NCBI GenBank assembly: GCA_051294375.1
Contig: CM119264.1
Span: 14,105,323 to 14,169,322, forward strand
Direction: 5' to 3'
Length of the DNA stretch: 64,000 nucleotides
DNA from: Paraspadella gotoi
Lineage: Eukaryota > Animalia > Chaetognatha
Shown here: piece after piece, positions 49,540 through 64,000 of the stretch
Numbering within the stretch: the stretch's first letter is position 1
How the letters are laid out: every line of letters begins with the position of its first letter
Notes under the pieces: generated by a model
What the model was told of the DNA's origin: nothing
The model's database searches: none
The model's input: only the letters and a program-made list of their open reading frames with translations
Program-made: the position numbers and the translations under genes

Positions 49540-51106
49540 TCTCTCTTCTCTAACACTTTCATTCAGTCGATATTAAACTCTAATTCCCTAATTTTAGAAA
49601 CTCACAAGTGACGAGCAGACGAACCTTTTGTCGGTCGCATTGACCCTTGTGGACGAATGCCTTTCAAGTTAAGTCACGTCGAATTGACGAGAATTAAAAA
49701 GGAAATTGAAATTGCAATTTAAAAAAAATAAAAAAACTCAAATTGAAAAAAAAGAAGAAATTGATGACTAAAACGCAATATTTAAAACAGTCAAATAAAA
49801 GAAGTAAGAAAACTAAACATGCAAAACATGTAAAAACAAAAGTAAATCCAACTGAATGAAGACTGACAACAAAAATATGATGGAATTGAAAGAAGAGGCT
49901 TCTTTGAGGAGATGAGAGAGAGAGAAAGATACAAGAAGATGGACGAGGGAAAGAGAGAGTACGATTGCTGAGAGAGAAGAGACGAGAGAGACGAGAAAGA
50001 TGCGCAAAAAAAAAAAACACTGCACCAAAAAACTGCTCTTTGTGAAAGACGAGCACAGACCGAGAAAAAGCAAAAGTGAAAAAAAGCAGGAAAAAAAAGT
50101 CAAAAAGGAACTAGAGAGAGAGAGATAAAAAAAAGGGGCAGAAAAGAAAAAGCAAGAAGAAAGAGCAAAAAAAAAAGCGTTAAAGGCATCAATAAAAAAG
50201 GCGACACGTGGACGGAATCCTCGCCGCGCGTCTCTGCGACGTGACGAGGAAGTGAGGGGGGCGGGTCTGTGGGGGCGTGGCAGAGACGAAGTGGCAAAGG
50301 AGGCGTGACAAAGGAAGAGGCGACTGAGTGGAAGACCACGGAGGATCTAAGCTGGTAATCGAGTTTCGTGTGAAAGAGAGTACGACGCCACTATTCACCG
50401 AATTAAATTGTCAAAAGTTATTTTTGTACAGTTATGAGATGCAACTTTCGACCGATGGATCGAGAACTACGAGAGAAAAGCCAGGAATGAGTTGCAAGGA
50501 GACAAGTTGCAAGGTGGAGGCCGAAGGAGGCGGAGAATTGTGATCGTGAGCCCAGCGAGCGAGAGCTGTACAAGCGAAGCGGAGCAGCGGTGGCGGCGAT
50601 GATGAAATAATTCATCGAGTTTCACGCGAGAATTCGCGTGAAATTTAGTTAATGTGATTATTTAGAAATGGAGGAAGAGTTTGTCATAGGAATTGTGAAG
50701 AGAAAACCCGCGGGAAAAAGAGAAGACGAAAATGTTCGAAATTTCGTGGTTTTTGTTTGTTCGAATTTTTTGTAGGGCGGTAATTTCATTATAGCTTCTT
50801 TACACATTTAACATTAACTATTTTTAAATATATTAATTAAAAATTAGAGCTTATTAGTTTCATTGTTATAGAATGATAGGTATTAAAAAAAGAAAAAAAT
50901 AAGTAATAACTATGCACTCATATCCTCATATGCAATCAAATAATCATTGAGAACTATAAAAAAGCACTTATAACTAAAAATACATATATTTAAGTACTGT
51001 TTAAATAGGAAACTAGGAGAACAAAAGATAAACTTTATAAGATGTCAAAATAAAATCGCGATTAGAATAAAAAGAGACATGATTCAGTTGTTCTTCCCCT
51101 TTTCCG

Positions 51107-51229
<123 letters not shown>

Positions 51230-51506
51230 GCCCTCCTTTCGCGGAATTGACCTTTTGTCAGGAATTCTCTCGTGAATTCGTCTCGAATCCACCACCGAGT
51301 CGTATTACCTTCCACGAAGACGAAAACGACGACGACAGCGACGATGACGACGAAGACGACGATAAAAGAAGCGACATAGCCAATGTTGAGACGATAACGA
51401 TGAAGATAACGACGGCGATGAAGAAGCTCGTATCACAATGCGTTTTACCGACTCTCAACTGGAGTCCGGATAAAAAATGGCCTTCTCTTCTTTCTCTCTC
51501 TCTCTC

Positions 51507-51572
<66 letters not shown>

Positions 51573-52634
51573 CCCTACTGTCCTCCCCCTCACTCCCAAA
51601 CTCTCTCGCTCTCCCTCCATAAACCTTAACCTATTCGACCTTTCGAACTCTCCAATCTTAACCTTTGACCTCCTCCATCTCGACCTCTGGTTTTTCTGTC
51701 TCACATCCCGATTTTTAATTCCGAGTTTCCCTCCCTCCCTCCCGCTCCCCTCGTCTTCTTCCTCTCCCGCTCACCCCTTTAGTTAGGGTTGATTAGAATT
51801 TTATCAAGAAGCGAAGTGTCTGAGGGAAGAAAACGAAAGGAGGAGCCTCAAGGTCGGAAGGAGGAAAGAGGAAGTGAAGGAGGTGAGAGGAAAGAAACGA
51901 GGAAAGTAGAAAAGAGGAAGGAAAAAAGGGAAAAAGAAAATAAAACGGATATCTTCGGTAACTTTCTTTCTTGTTTTCTTGTTGTTAATGGAACTAAAAG
52001 AGAACGTTGATAGCGAACTTTTTTAAAAAAGAAAGCGAAATCGAAAAAAAGAAAAGGGAATTTTAATTCGAAAAAAAAAGAAGTTGGAGTTTAGTTCAAC
52101 TACGATACTCCTCTAATTCATTAAACTTACATATTTCGGCTATAGTGAAAAAAATAGGCAACGACAAAAACAAAAACAACAAAATCAAATCAGACTTAGA
52201 CCATTGAAGGTCGGTGATTAAAGTTTCGTAAAATAAACAAAATCGTGAAGGAGGACGAAAGAAAATTCAGTTGAGGAAATGATTAAACGATGAAAGAAGC
52301 GAAAGGAGGGGGAACGCAGGGGAGGGGGGAACGCAGGGTATCGCAGGGACCCGCAGGGTATGCAAAAATAATCAAAAATCCCCTCGCCCCTTCCTAATAC
52401 TGAATCGCTTAGGTGATCTCCCCCTTCCGCTCCCCGCCTCCCCTCGCCTCCCGGGTCGTCGGCGAATATCCTGCCTCAATTTATGGTTATCGCCCGCTCT
52501 TTCCCAAAGACTCTCTCGTCACCTACATCTTTGCTTACTTGATTGCTTGTTTGCTTGAGTGCTTACTTCTTTTTTTCAATTTTTCGTTTGCTTGTTTACT
52601 CTATAATTAATGTTTCCTTCTTTCTTTCTTTCTC

Positions 52635-52697
<63 letters not shown>

Positions 52698-52714
52698 CTA
52701 TTTCTTTCTTTATT

Positions 52715-52747
<33 letters not shown>

Positions 52748-52907
52748 TTTTTCATTACTTTTTATTTTGGTTCTGTCTAACTTTTTCTTTTTTTTTTTCA
52801 TTAATGAATAACTCGAAATGAAAGTTTAAGCGGCGAACCTCGGATCGTAATATCGCCTTTTAAACGAAAGAATTCCCTTGCTTTTTCTCTAATCGTCTTC
52901 TCTCTCT

Positions 52908-52962
<55 letters not shown>

Positions 52963-54585
52963 GCAATCCTCAACCCTTCTATTTGATATTCTCTTTGCCT
53001 TCTTTTTTAATTCTTCTCTTATCTCTGCATCTCTTTTTCTTTTCCTCTCCATTTTCTTTTCTTATCTGCGATAACGATGCTAATGCTGATGATGACAAGA
53101 GACGATGCCGACGACGACGACGACGAACGCGACGAAGAAGCCGAGTGCAACGTGAAATACGAAAGACGTACAATCCTTACAACTGCCTAAAGTAAATCGG
53201 GAGAGATTTTCACTTTTGACGAGGAATTCAAATCTGCAATCAAAATTAAGAAAAGCCTATTTGAAATTTTTTCGAATTTTATAAGGATTAGTACTAATAT
53301 ATAAATATAGCCTAATCTGTGAAATTAAAAAAATAAAATTAATTTTTTTTTTACAATTAATGTTCACTGATGTATGTTGTTCATATATTTATATTAGAAT
53401 TTTCATATGTAACATTCACTTACGGCTTAGTGCATACTGTACTAGTAATTCTTAAGAAGTAACCATGTACTTCTGGCGCAGGTAAAATGAATTTCGAGTG
53501 AAAAAAAATAATATGAACGTATCTTCGTNNNNNNNNNNNNNNNNNNNNNNNNNTAAATCGCCAACTCCCTTCACGGACGTCACGATTATAAATATTGACG
53601 TCGAAGCCCAAGAGTGCATACTAAGGCGTAGTTAAATTTCTAATTTAAACTTTAATTTAAATTATAAAAGTGAGAACGAACAACATTATACTAATGAACA
53701 TTTATGTAATAAAAAATATTTATAATAAATTTTACAATTTACGCAGTAGGCCATATTTTATACTAGTACTTAATCTATTAAATGTTAAAATTTCAAAACA
53801 TTTTTTTCTTAAGATTTTTTTGCAGATTTGAATTCGTCATAAAAAGTTGATAGAAAGAAATATAACTCTTTTGAAAAATTCCTTCATTAGGGGACCCAGT
53901 GATAAAAATGATATCATAAGCTTAAGGGTCTATCATCAAATCTCTCCTCTGGGGGTGGGGGGTGTGAAAACCAAGTGCTGGAGGATGGCGGAAAATGGCT
54001 CGTGTCTCTTTGACTATAAAAATAAAGCAGTCAGTGAAGTAAACTGACAGAATTTCAATAAAATGACATGAAATGGTTGACAGAGGGCAAAATGACATTA
54101 CGCGTCAAAGAGTTGTCAAAGTTCACAAGTTAATTAACGACGAAGAAATAAATAATTTGTGAAGAACAAATGACAACAATTAAATCTTTAAGCAGCGCTC
54201 TCCTAATGATTTCGTCTTTTAGAAACTGCAAACGACTTTTTGGGATTTAACTCCTCCCGCTCGCAATCTCGCGAGGGAATTGAAATTTTTACAATCACTT
54301 AATTTAAAACAACATCGAAAGATTGGAGACGGAGGAGGCGGGGCCGACGGCGGAAGTTGGAGGAGATGAAAGAAGTCGATTGAAAAGGAAAGAAATTAAG
54401 GAGAAGAAAGGAAAAGTCTTGAAGGGGAGGAAAGAAAGAGAGACTGAAGAAAAAAAAAGGATTAAAGAAAATGAATGAGGAGAAAAAGCAAAAATAAAGA
54501 GAAAAGAAATAAGAGATAAAAAAGGGGAAAATAGAGAATGAAAGAAAGAGAGAGATGAAGAAGGAAAGAAAGAAGGAAAGAAGGA

Positions 54586-54645
<60 letters not shown>

Positions 54646-55075
54646 AAAAAAGAAAGAAAGAAAGAAAGAAATCAAAGCAACGAGAGAAGAATTAAATCTC
54701 ATTTTAACCTTAATTCTAATTTTTTCTTCTCTTCTTTTTTTAACTCATAATCGGTGACTATGTAGTATGTACTAATGTCTAAAGGTAATTTTTTGTTCTT
54801 AGAACAGAAAGTATGAATTTCAAGGAAAGAAGAATAAATAAAAGATAACAGCAATCTAATGTCGTCGAACAAACTGTTACATTAAATTATCGTCGTTAAA
54901 GATTTTAACAACTATAGCGTCTTTCTAATAAGTATGAAAACATCATAAAAATTGACATATATCTATTGGGCAACCAATTGAATGACGGACTCTCTGAACC
55001 AGAACCATCCATTTTTGTCATTATTTTTTTGCGCTTTTTTATTTGTTCTTCATATATGGATATATACTATAGTAT

Positions 55076-55112
<37 letters not shown>

Positions 55113-55271
55113 CTCTCTCTCTCGTATCTCCTCTCTCTCTCTCTCTCTCGCTCTCTCCACTTTCCCTCTTTACCGTCTAGACGCTTCTTGCCGGGCAATC
55201 AGTTTTCCGTCTTCCTGTCTTTTCGCTCTCTTTCTCCCTCTATTTCTCCTCTCTCTTCTCTTTCTCTCTCT

Positions 55272-55308
<37 letters not shown>

Positions 55309-55758
55309 CTCTCTCTTCTCTCTCGCTCTTCTCTCTCTTTCTCTCTCTCTCCCTCCTCTTCTCTCTCTCGCATTTTCCATTTCTTCCTCTCTGTCTAATA
55401 GCTTCACTTCATCCCTTCTTTTTCTCTTTGCCCTCACTACCCTACACTGTGTTCACAACCCTGCCGCCAGGGCCGCCGCCAGCGTCGCCGCGATGCCGTC
55501 GGCCGCCGCCGCCGGCTGCCGGCCGACCGCCCAAAGTATGAGGCTTTTCCCTGTCAACGCTGCTCTTTAAGCGTCTTTCTCTTTTTCTTATTTCTATTTC
55601 CTTTTCCATCTTTCCTTCCTTCGGCGTTATTGTCGTCGTCGTCGTCGTCGTCGTCTTTCAACAATTGAAATTCCAAGTTGTCTTGAAGGAACTTTTACGC
55701 GTAATTAGTTTTCGACAAGAGTTTCAGAGATGCCCACCGGAGAGAGAGAGAGAGACGT

Positions 55759-55798
<40 letters not shown>

Positions 55799-58700
55799 TG
55801 AGAGAGAGAGAAGAGAAAGAGAGAGAGAGAGAGAGAAGAGATTTATGCATAAGTATTGAAATTTATAACTTGTACGTATATTATCTTGATAAAAGAGCTT
55901 GAGGCGTTAAAGCCTGTCTATTTGCAATAACTTATTTATTGAATATATTGGTAATTTTTATCTTGGTTAGACCAAGTTCAAATTTAAATTTGATAGTAAA
56001 TTACTATTTTATAATGGCAGTGTCGTAACGACGACGACGACAGCGTCGACGACAGCCTTCAAAGCTGTAAAATCGTCGACGTGTTTTTATTGCACTTTTA
56101 TTGTTTATTTTTTTGGAAGTTTTCCACGGTTCCCGACCCGAAAGAGAAAAAATATCATTGTTTTATCGTTGGCGATGAACTTTTGGGAAAAACAAACGAT
56201 AAAACGAAAAAAAAACAGAATCGCGATTTTTTCTAATCTCTTAAATTGGCAAAATCTTGATATTTTAAAGTTTTAAGTCAAAAATAAAGTTAAAGAACTA
56301 TACAAAAGACAAAATAAAAAATAACAAGAGTAAGACAGGTTATAAAAACTTTTTCTGATATATTACCAATTTTGTACTCGATTTAACGTAACTTCCTTTA
56401 AAAACAAAAAAGAAGTTAAAATTGAAAACAAACAGACAGAAAAAACTGTAAGATTATATTAAAACCGTTTTGAAATACGACGTCGACGACAACGACGACG
56501 ACAACGACGACGACGACGAAGAAACTGAAAAAAGACACCGAAACGGGCACAACAACGACAACAGGAACACAACAACGAGAAAGAACCGCCGAGAAAATTT
56601 TGTGAAAATTCACAAAGGATTAGAATCGCAGATTCAACTCTTGGGGCGCTAATGGGGTTGGGGGTGAAGACTATAAGGGAGTGAAGGGGTAGTAGAAGAG
56701 CTCGTTGGTGAAAGAGCGACTGTGAAACCCAAGTAACGGGCGCCCAATTCACTCCCCCCCTCACTCCCGCCTAGACTCACAAAATCTCACAAAAGCTTTC
56801 AAAAGCAAAAACCGAAAATTTTAAAAATTGGTAAAATATGATAAAGGGCAGCGAGAAGGGAAATGCGAGAGAGAGAGAGAGAAAGGAAGAGAGAGAGAGA
56901 GTGAGAGAAAGAAAATGGGAGGAAAAGAATTATAGGAAAAGAGGAAGGGGAGTGACGTAGCGAAGGAGAATTGAAAAGGACAGCAGTACAACCTTTTTTC
57001 CCCCCCGTTTATTTAAACCAAATCAATTGTTCGTTTGATCTTTCATATTGTATTTATTGTTTAATTGAAATTATTAGAATTTTTAGATGTAAATTATTAT
57101 GCAAATGCGGTTTCTCTTTTGTTATTTACTAGAAAATGATAATTATTTTTGTCTCTTCTCGTAAAACAGAAAAACAAAACAAAAAATCCTGCTACATAGT
57201 TGTTTTTCTGCGGAGCGCGAGAAGAAAAAAACTAAAAATACAAAGTGTAAAAAAAAAAAGAGAGAAAAAAATGTAATTCTTCGCGGAATAATAATCCATT
57301 TGCGCGAATGAATATAGATGGCGGATGGAGAATGTGGATGGAGGGTTTCCCTTTTTTTTTCTTTGGAGACGGTTGATCCACGGCGACAGTTTTTACTTTA
57401 TTTCTTTCAGAAAATCGTACGAGAGTCGGAGCATCTCCAATCGGCTTGTTTATTTGGTTTAATATTATTTGTGTCTTTATTTATTTGGTTTACCTAATAT
57501 CTTATTTGTCGATATTGACGTTTAAGATCTACATTTATAAACGCTCTCCTTTTCGTACAAAAGTTATCATTTCGGACCCAAAGATTAGACCATTTAAAGA
57601 CAAAAAAAAATCTAATATCATCGGCGATGCATCCAAGGTTCCCTTTTCTTTCCTTCTTTCTTTTCCTTTTCCCCTCCACCTTCCTCTCTCTTTCCTTTCC
57701 TCCCTTTTCTTTTCTTTCTTTCTCGCCGGAAATTCTTTTTCCTCGACGCGAAACGTGCTCTCAACCAGACAGTTTCTCGATAACTTTTTGAATGGAAGCC
57801 AATTCCGGAAATACCAAAGGCGAGGCAGGGGGGAAAAGGGAGAAGGAAAAAATAATAAGCCAGTCGTCGTTGTCGTAGTCGTTGTCGTCGTCGTCGATGG
57901 CGGCGGCGGCGGCGGCGGGTAAAAAAGATAGGGTTGCAGGTCATCGTCGTCTTAAAAGGGTGGCGCGGCGTTGCGAGCGGCGCCTAAAACGAGCGCTGAC
58001 GTAGGAATGGGGAAAGAAAGAAACTCGCGATAGATAAAAGTGATAAAAAGTGAAAAAGTGATAAAAGTAGAAGTGACGAGGCAACGAGCGAAGGAGTGAA
58101 TAATAAAGTTAATTCTACCTGAGATGGAACCGAAGCGTCTGACGGAGCGATCATGCAAGAGATTGAAGTATCTCGCAACGGAGCCGAGTTTTTTTTCTGC
58201 AAATCGGAATGGAATTACGGAGCGTGAGAGGAAGCGATGATATTAGACAATGCGATGAAGTGGTAGAATCACACGGTTCCTGCAATAGCCAACGCCTCGA
58301 TTGATTGCCTCTTTGTCATTTGCACGAAGATGAAGACAAAGGGGCTGACTGTGGATTGCGTTTGAGACGGAGCGACATCAGAGAAGAACGAGATGAAATC
58401 CAAATTTAAAATATTATTTCTATTTCTCTTTCTCTTTACTTTAGGCTCAAGTTTCGATTTTTCTTCGACCCGTGAAAGGTCGACGGCTTTACGGAGGGAA
58501 AAAATAATAGAATTCTTTTATTATTATTTGTTATTACGTTTAATGAGTGAGATATATTGTGAGAAGGACGGACGTCTATATATTGAAATGGGAAACGTGA
58601 ATGGAGGGAAACTAACGGCGGTTAAATTTCGCGCGTTCCCTCGTGCGAGAAAAAGTAAAGAATCGAGATAGAAATTCAATCTGAAAGAGAAAGGAAAAAG

Positions 58701-59758
58701 GAAGATGAGAAGAAAGAAGAGCAAAAAAATGGGGAAAAGGTTAAATCTGTTTAAGAAGGTATTAAGAAGGGGGATAGGAAGCAGTTTCTTAATAATAATA
58801 AGTAATATGTAATATTTACCGAAATCTGAGAATCTGACATAATAACAACTAAAAGAAGTCATAAATTAATAGCAATGCAATTCTATTGGGGAAGCAAAAA
58901 TATACATTGCAATATACATAGATTTAAGTACGGAGTTTTACAGTACCGACGAATGTTAGGCTTCAAATAAGAAGTTACATCACTAAACAAAATCGCGGTC
59001 TTGAAATCCTCTGTCCTCCATCCTAACACTTGCGCAAAGGTACTTAAAGCGTCTGTTTAAAACTGTCGAGCAATTTTTTTCAAGTACTATTTTTCAAGTG
59101 CTGAAAGAAAAATTATAACTAATCAACCCGTTGGTATTAAGCAGACGAAAACCTCTGCCGAGGGGGGGGGGAAAGGGTGTAGGTTGACAGACGGAAGGAA
59201 TGAATCGTCTTGCGTAATAAACGGAGCGCGATCGCCCTTGGCTTAGAAATGACGTCGCCCGAATTGAAAGGCGCTATTGGTTGTCGCTCTTGCAATTTAC
59301 AAGAATTGGGACCCAGTGTCGCGGAATGGCAGAATGGCGAAATGTCACCGTCGCAGAATCACGCCGCTGCAAACGGGGCCGTCGTGAAGATGGCCCCCGA
59401 GTCCTTGACGCCGTGAGTTCGAGACAGAATGCAAACACATGCAAACAAGCCACGAGAAATAGACTTTTTTTTATTTTTTGGATATTTGGTTTTAAAAGAG
59501 AAAATTTAATTGGTTGCTGTTTTTATTTTGTTTCCCTTGAAGGGATATTTCCTACAAGCTACAACTTCAAGAGAAGATAAAGATCTCACTCAATGAGACG
59601 TATAAGAGGTTTTATCGGGAAGATGGAATGTGACAATCTATTAGAAACAAGAGGAAAAAGAGGGTGAAGAAAACCAGCCTAAAAGAAATTTCTATATTGG
59701 AAAACCACAATTGAAATTGATGGGAGACCGACAAGAGGGGGGAAGCCCAGGTGAGAGA

Positions 59759-59889
<131 letters not shown>

Positions 59890-60762
59890 GTCGCCTCCTT
59901 TAATGGCGCCAGGCTGGGTTTCTGCTCAAAATAGCGTCGCCCTCCATCGATGGTGAGAAAAAGACGCAGAATATGAAAAGATATTAAAGGGTTAGGAGAG
60001 CAGGAAAATCTGAGATGAAAATCATCGGCTGAAAAAAAAGGGAAGTTATTAAAGGGTTAAGAAAGATAGAAAAGACATCAGATGGAAAAATTATAAATAA
60101 TTAAGTAAAAATGGGGAAAAAGAAGAAGGAATTGTTAGCATGTTTTTAACTTAATTTATAATTTACGAAAGAAAAACAAACAATGTAATCTTTTTATCGG
60201 TACCCATAATTCTATTGTATTTAATTACAGATAGATTCGTTTTAAACTGAGAACATTATTAAAGTCATGTCTCCATACATGGCTAATAATTTTGTTTTAC
60301 TATTTAGCAGTTTTGTAGTTTAAAAAAGATATATAAGATTGACAATTTTAAATCATACCCGCCTCATAACTTTTACACTTTTTATTCTTTTAATTATCAT
60401 TCTCCCCTTTGCCTCTTCTTTTTCATCTCATTCCACCTCCTCTTCTTCCTCTTCCTCTTCCTCCTCCTCTTTCACTTCTTCCTTTCAAACCTCAAACCTC
60501 GTGTTCCTTATCCGCTGCTTCTTCCTCCTGCTCCTTATTCGAATGTCACTGGGTTTGACTCGTGACATTTTTCGTGTCACGGCCGGGCATTAGACTCGTG
60601 ACGAGCCCGTAAAGGTCAACGGCGGGCGGGTCTCTGCCACGTTCGCCTCCACCCTCCCCCGGCTTAACCTCCCTTTCTCCCCCTCGGTTTTTACCACGCC
60701 TCCAGGTTTTCGCACACGCGACCGCGGTCTCCGCGTAAAGCGCGTGCCTCGACGAGCGCGCG

Positions 60763-60847
<85 letters not shown>

Positions 60848-63800
60848 GCTGCTCCTCCTCTGCCCTTGACCGCTAGCACGCGCGTTTGTCAGCGCGACCG
60901 AAACGAGATAGAGAGAGAGACGAAAAAAAATAATATCATTCACGCGCGGTCGTTTGCGGAGGAAAAAGATGAGTTAGAAAAAAAAACCCGACGTTCCATC
61001 TAGAATAATAATAATAAAAAAGCGGAATAATGAATGGCTTTTTCGTTAAAAAAATAGTTTAAAAAAAAGTTGTGGTATAAAAATGAATTTCCTAACGGAA
61101 ACTCGATTGTTTTTCATCGACGGAAATTTTAGTCTCACTGGACTATATTTAATTAAAACATATTTTTAACTACGATGGAATAAAATATGTCCATTTAAAA
61201 CGACATGCTCTTTTAAATTAATTTTATTTGATGTATTTTACATGATACGAATAAAATGTGAAAAGCAAGCGTGAAATATACGAAAAAAAACAACAAAAAA
61301 CAAAAAAACAAAACAAAAAAAAAAAAAACAACAAAAAACAAAATCCAGCGCCAAGAAACTTTCCTAGTTTTTTTCTTTGGATGTTTATGTTCAAAGGAAA
61401 TGGGATTTTTTGGTCGCTATTCATTTTTTTTCTTTTTTTAAAACTGGAAAACATTTTTAAATTTTCCTTCGACCATTGAACGAATGATTCATGGCAATAT
61501 AGGAAAAAAATGAGAGGTTAAATTTGAAATAAAAAGGTTGGTGACATGTATGAGCTGATGAAAGAATTACTGGTAAAATGAACGAAAGATAGATTTATCT
61601 AGAAAATAAATCAATAAATGAATGAATCGGCCAAACAGTTAATTAGTAAAAAACGTATGTTGAATCGTCTCTAATAATTTTATATATCTCCTGATAAAAA
61701 AATTAAAACGAGAGAAAAGCTTGATCGTTAATTTTCCAATGGATTCGTGTTTCGATCAAATCAGCAAGGGACAAGTCTGGAGTTCATTCATCACCTCGCG
61801 ATCATTGGTTTATTCCCGTCGTTCATTCCTTCATTCATCATTCTATTCTTCCTTCTTTTCTTCCTCGTTTTTCTCCCTCCGATCTTTCGCGACTTCCACT
61901 TCATATTTCATCCACTGACTTTTTCCTTTTTTTCCCTTTTTTTTCTTTTTTTTTTTTCATTTTCCTTTTTTTAAAAGAGCAAAATAAAATCTTCGATGCT
62001 GTGAGTCTGTTTCAGTCGTCTTGACCGATCAGTTCATTTCCAGCATGTGCGCGTTTAAGGTAGTCGTTTTAGTTATGTACGACTGCGAATGTATTAAATG
62101 GTAATTTATTCTTTTTAATAATTTATATATTTAAAAATTATTTTTCTCTTCCATTCCTCGCGAGATAAAACACGAGTTCATTGCCCGGATATCGGGTCAT
62201 CCTTCTTTTTAACGAGAAGCGAGACAAATGTCGTCGTGATAACTTTTGAGTTAACGAGACAAGAAAACCTTAAAGAATAAAGAGAATTCTCCTCCTCTAT
62301 GAATTATGTCGAGGGATGTTAAGAGACAGTAATTAATTCCTTGGAAGCCATTCATGATGACTGATGAGGCAATTCTTGTTTAAATATTATAGCTAATATG
62401 CGAAAGTAGATTCTTTACTCTTCGGGTGTCTATGATGGGATGATACGTCATGTTAGTCAATATATTGTTTAATTTTTTAACTTGAACGTGGTTTTTTTCT
62501 AAATCTAAATCGTCGTTAACATGTATGTTAAGGCGTTGTGTGAGTAGCACGTGACAAGCTGAAGAATGAGTGTAATATTTCTTTGCTAAAAAGAGCCTAA
62601 AGTTAATTTAGTGCGATTTTTCTCTTCACTCGAAAAAAGGTGAGACGCGAAGACGTCAAAACATCAAATATGAATTTTTATGAAAGGCGGTACTTTGTAA
62701 ACGGAGAGAGAGAGAAAGAAAACTTTAGAAAAAAGTATTTTTAAAAGAAAGAAAGGTTGGATGGGAGGGAAAAGATAAAGAATTAAGAAGCAACGAATTA
62801 AGAGGCGAATGAAGAGTTAAAGAGAGTGTGGGCGAGATAAAGGTGGTGAGAAATAAAAGGAAGATAAAATAATTTAATTTTCCAAAGAATGTTTTCCCAT
62901 GGTAGATTCAGTTTCCACACATTCTTGCTACCATCATTCCCAGCACCTGTTCTAAATATTCTTTTTATTTTTTCTTCTTTTTTTTCCCCATTTTTTTCCT
63001 TCTAAAAAAGACGAAAAAAATTTATGAAAAAATCGCAAAGAAAAAAAAAGAGATTTGTTGTGTCACGATATTAATGCGATGGTAATAGAAATAAAAATAT
63101 ACTTTTAAACCATTTTAAACATGTTTCTTATTATTTTTCTTGAACTAAAATTTCAGTTTCAAGTTTTCTCTTTTCTTCTTTATCGCCATCCCCTTTTCCT
63201 TGATTTTTTTTCATTATTCATTTTTTTTCTTCACAGTTTATCTCCAGACTCACTTTTAATTTGTTTTTGTTTTCGTCTTTTTTAAAAATCCTCAACTTGA
63301 TAAATTTCTTCTTATCTTTTTCATCTCCATCTGTTTTTTCATTATCTCTCTCTTTTCTCGTTTTCCTCTCTTTCCATTTTTTACGTACGATTTACTTTTC
63401 ATATTTCTCCTCTTTCTCGTTTCCACCAATTCTATCAGTTAATGCCATTTTTGCTTCGTATCATAATTTTGATAATAACAAGATATAGATATGGATCTAA
63501 ATTAATCAATACAACTGGCTTTAAAGATAAGCTACGTTTAATACCAAACTAGGAAAAGCTTGAAGACACCGTTTACTTTGGCGTGGGAGACGCGAAAAAG
63601 TCAATGAGCGATGCGCAGCCAGAAATCAAAAGGGCGTCTGAGGGTTGAGAAAAAGACTCGAAAATAAGAAAATCAGGAGGCAAATAGTAAAAAAAGGACT
63701 TTTTCGCTATTATATTATTATATTATATGATATAATTTTTAGCGCAATTGAGGAATCTCAGCGAGAACTAGCAAGATGAAAGAATAATAAAGCGTAAAGG

Positions 63801-63955
63801 AAGAAGAAAGACCTGGTCTAAAATTGTAATTCAAAGTCATAGATATCGTGGTTAAGGTCCCTAATTTGTCCACAGAAGCCGCGGGAAAAAGACTGGCTAT
63901 TTCAGGTATATAAAGATATAATAATATAGTAATCTTTAATGCAAGATCTCGCGAT

Positions 63956-63989
<34 letters not shown>

Positions 63990-64000
63990 ACTCTGTTTCT

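Noticed and set aside
53421-53630. Possible small MITE with TACG.CTTAGT ends
   Set aside because: Short imperfect inverted repeat spanning an N gap, with no second copy in the window.
61555-61600. CTGATGA...GAAA hammerhead candidate
   Set aside because: No stem II or stem I complementarity.

Overview
This is AT-rich, microsatellite-dense animal (invertebrate-like) genomic DNA from a gapped assembly. Two protein-coding loci are well supported. One is the 3' six exons of an SLC5 Na+/solute symporter (SMCT/SMVT-like, 647-3960, +). The other is a single 3.9-kb ORF encoding an NLR-like protein with an unusual HEPN(RxxxxH)-NACHT-Kelch architecture (7929-11798, +). The most unexpected signal is non-coding: two sequence-unrelated families of short retro-elements, each with a tRNA-like Pol III head directly followed by a circularly permuted (type-P5) twister-ribozyme-like motif whose P1 is reduced to a (near-)palindromic 6-mer. 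Family A is a 1.7-mer tandem of a ~410-bp unit at 46454-47144 (+). Family B occurs at 1-238 and 37475-38330 (-). The two families show compensatory changes in the T1 pseudoknot and P4. The window also holds a Penelope-type minimal hammerhead ribozyme (5466-5507), two Helentron-associated (DINE-1/HINE-like) elements, a 5-kb TIR element with its empty site visible in a duplicated block, other TIR/foldback elements, and large indel-rich tandem duplications that are probably uncollapsed haplotypes or gap-fill artefacts. Most short ORFs in the track are microsatellite noise. All folds were assigned by eye; no searches were run.
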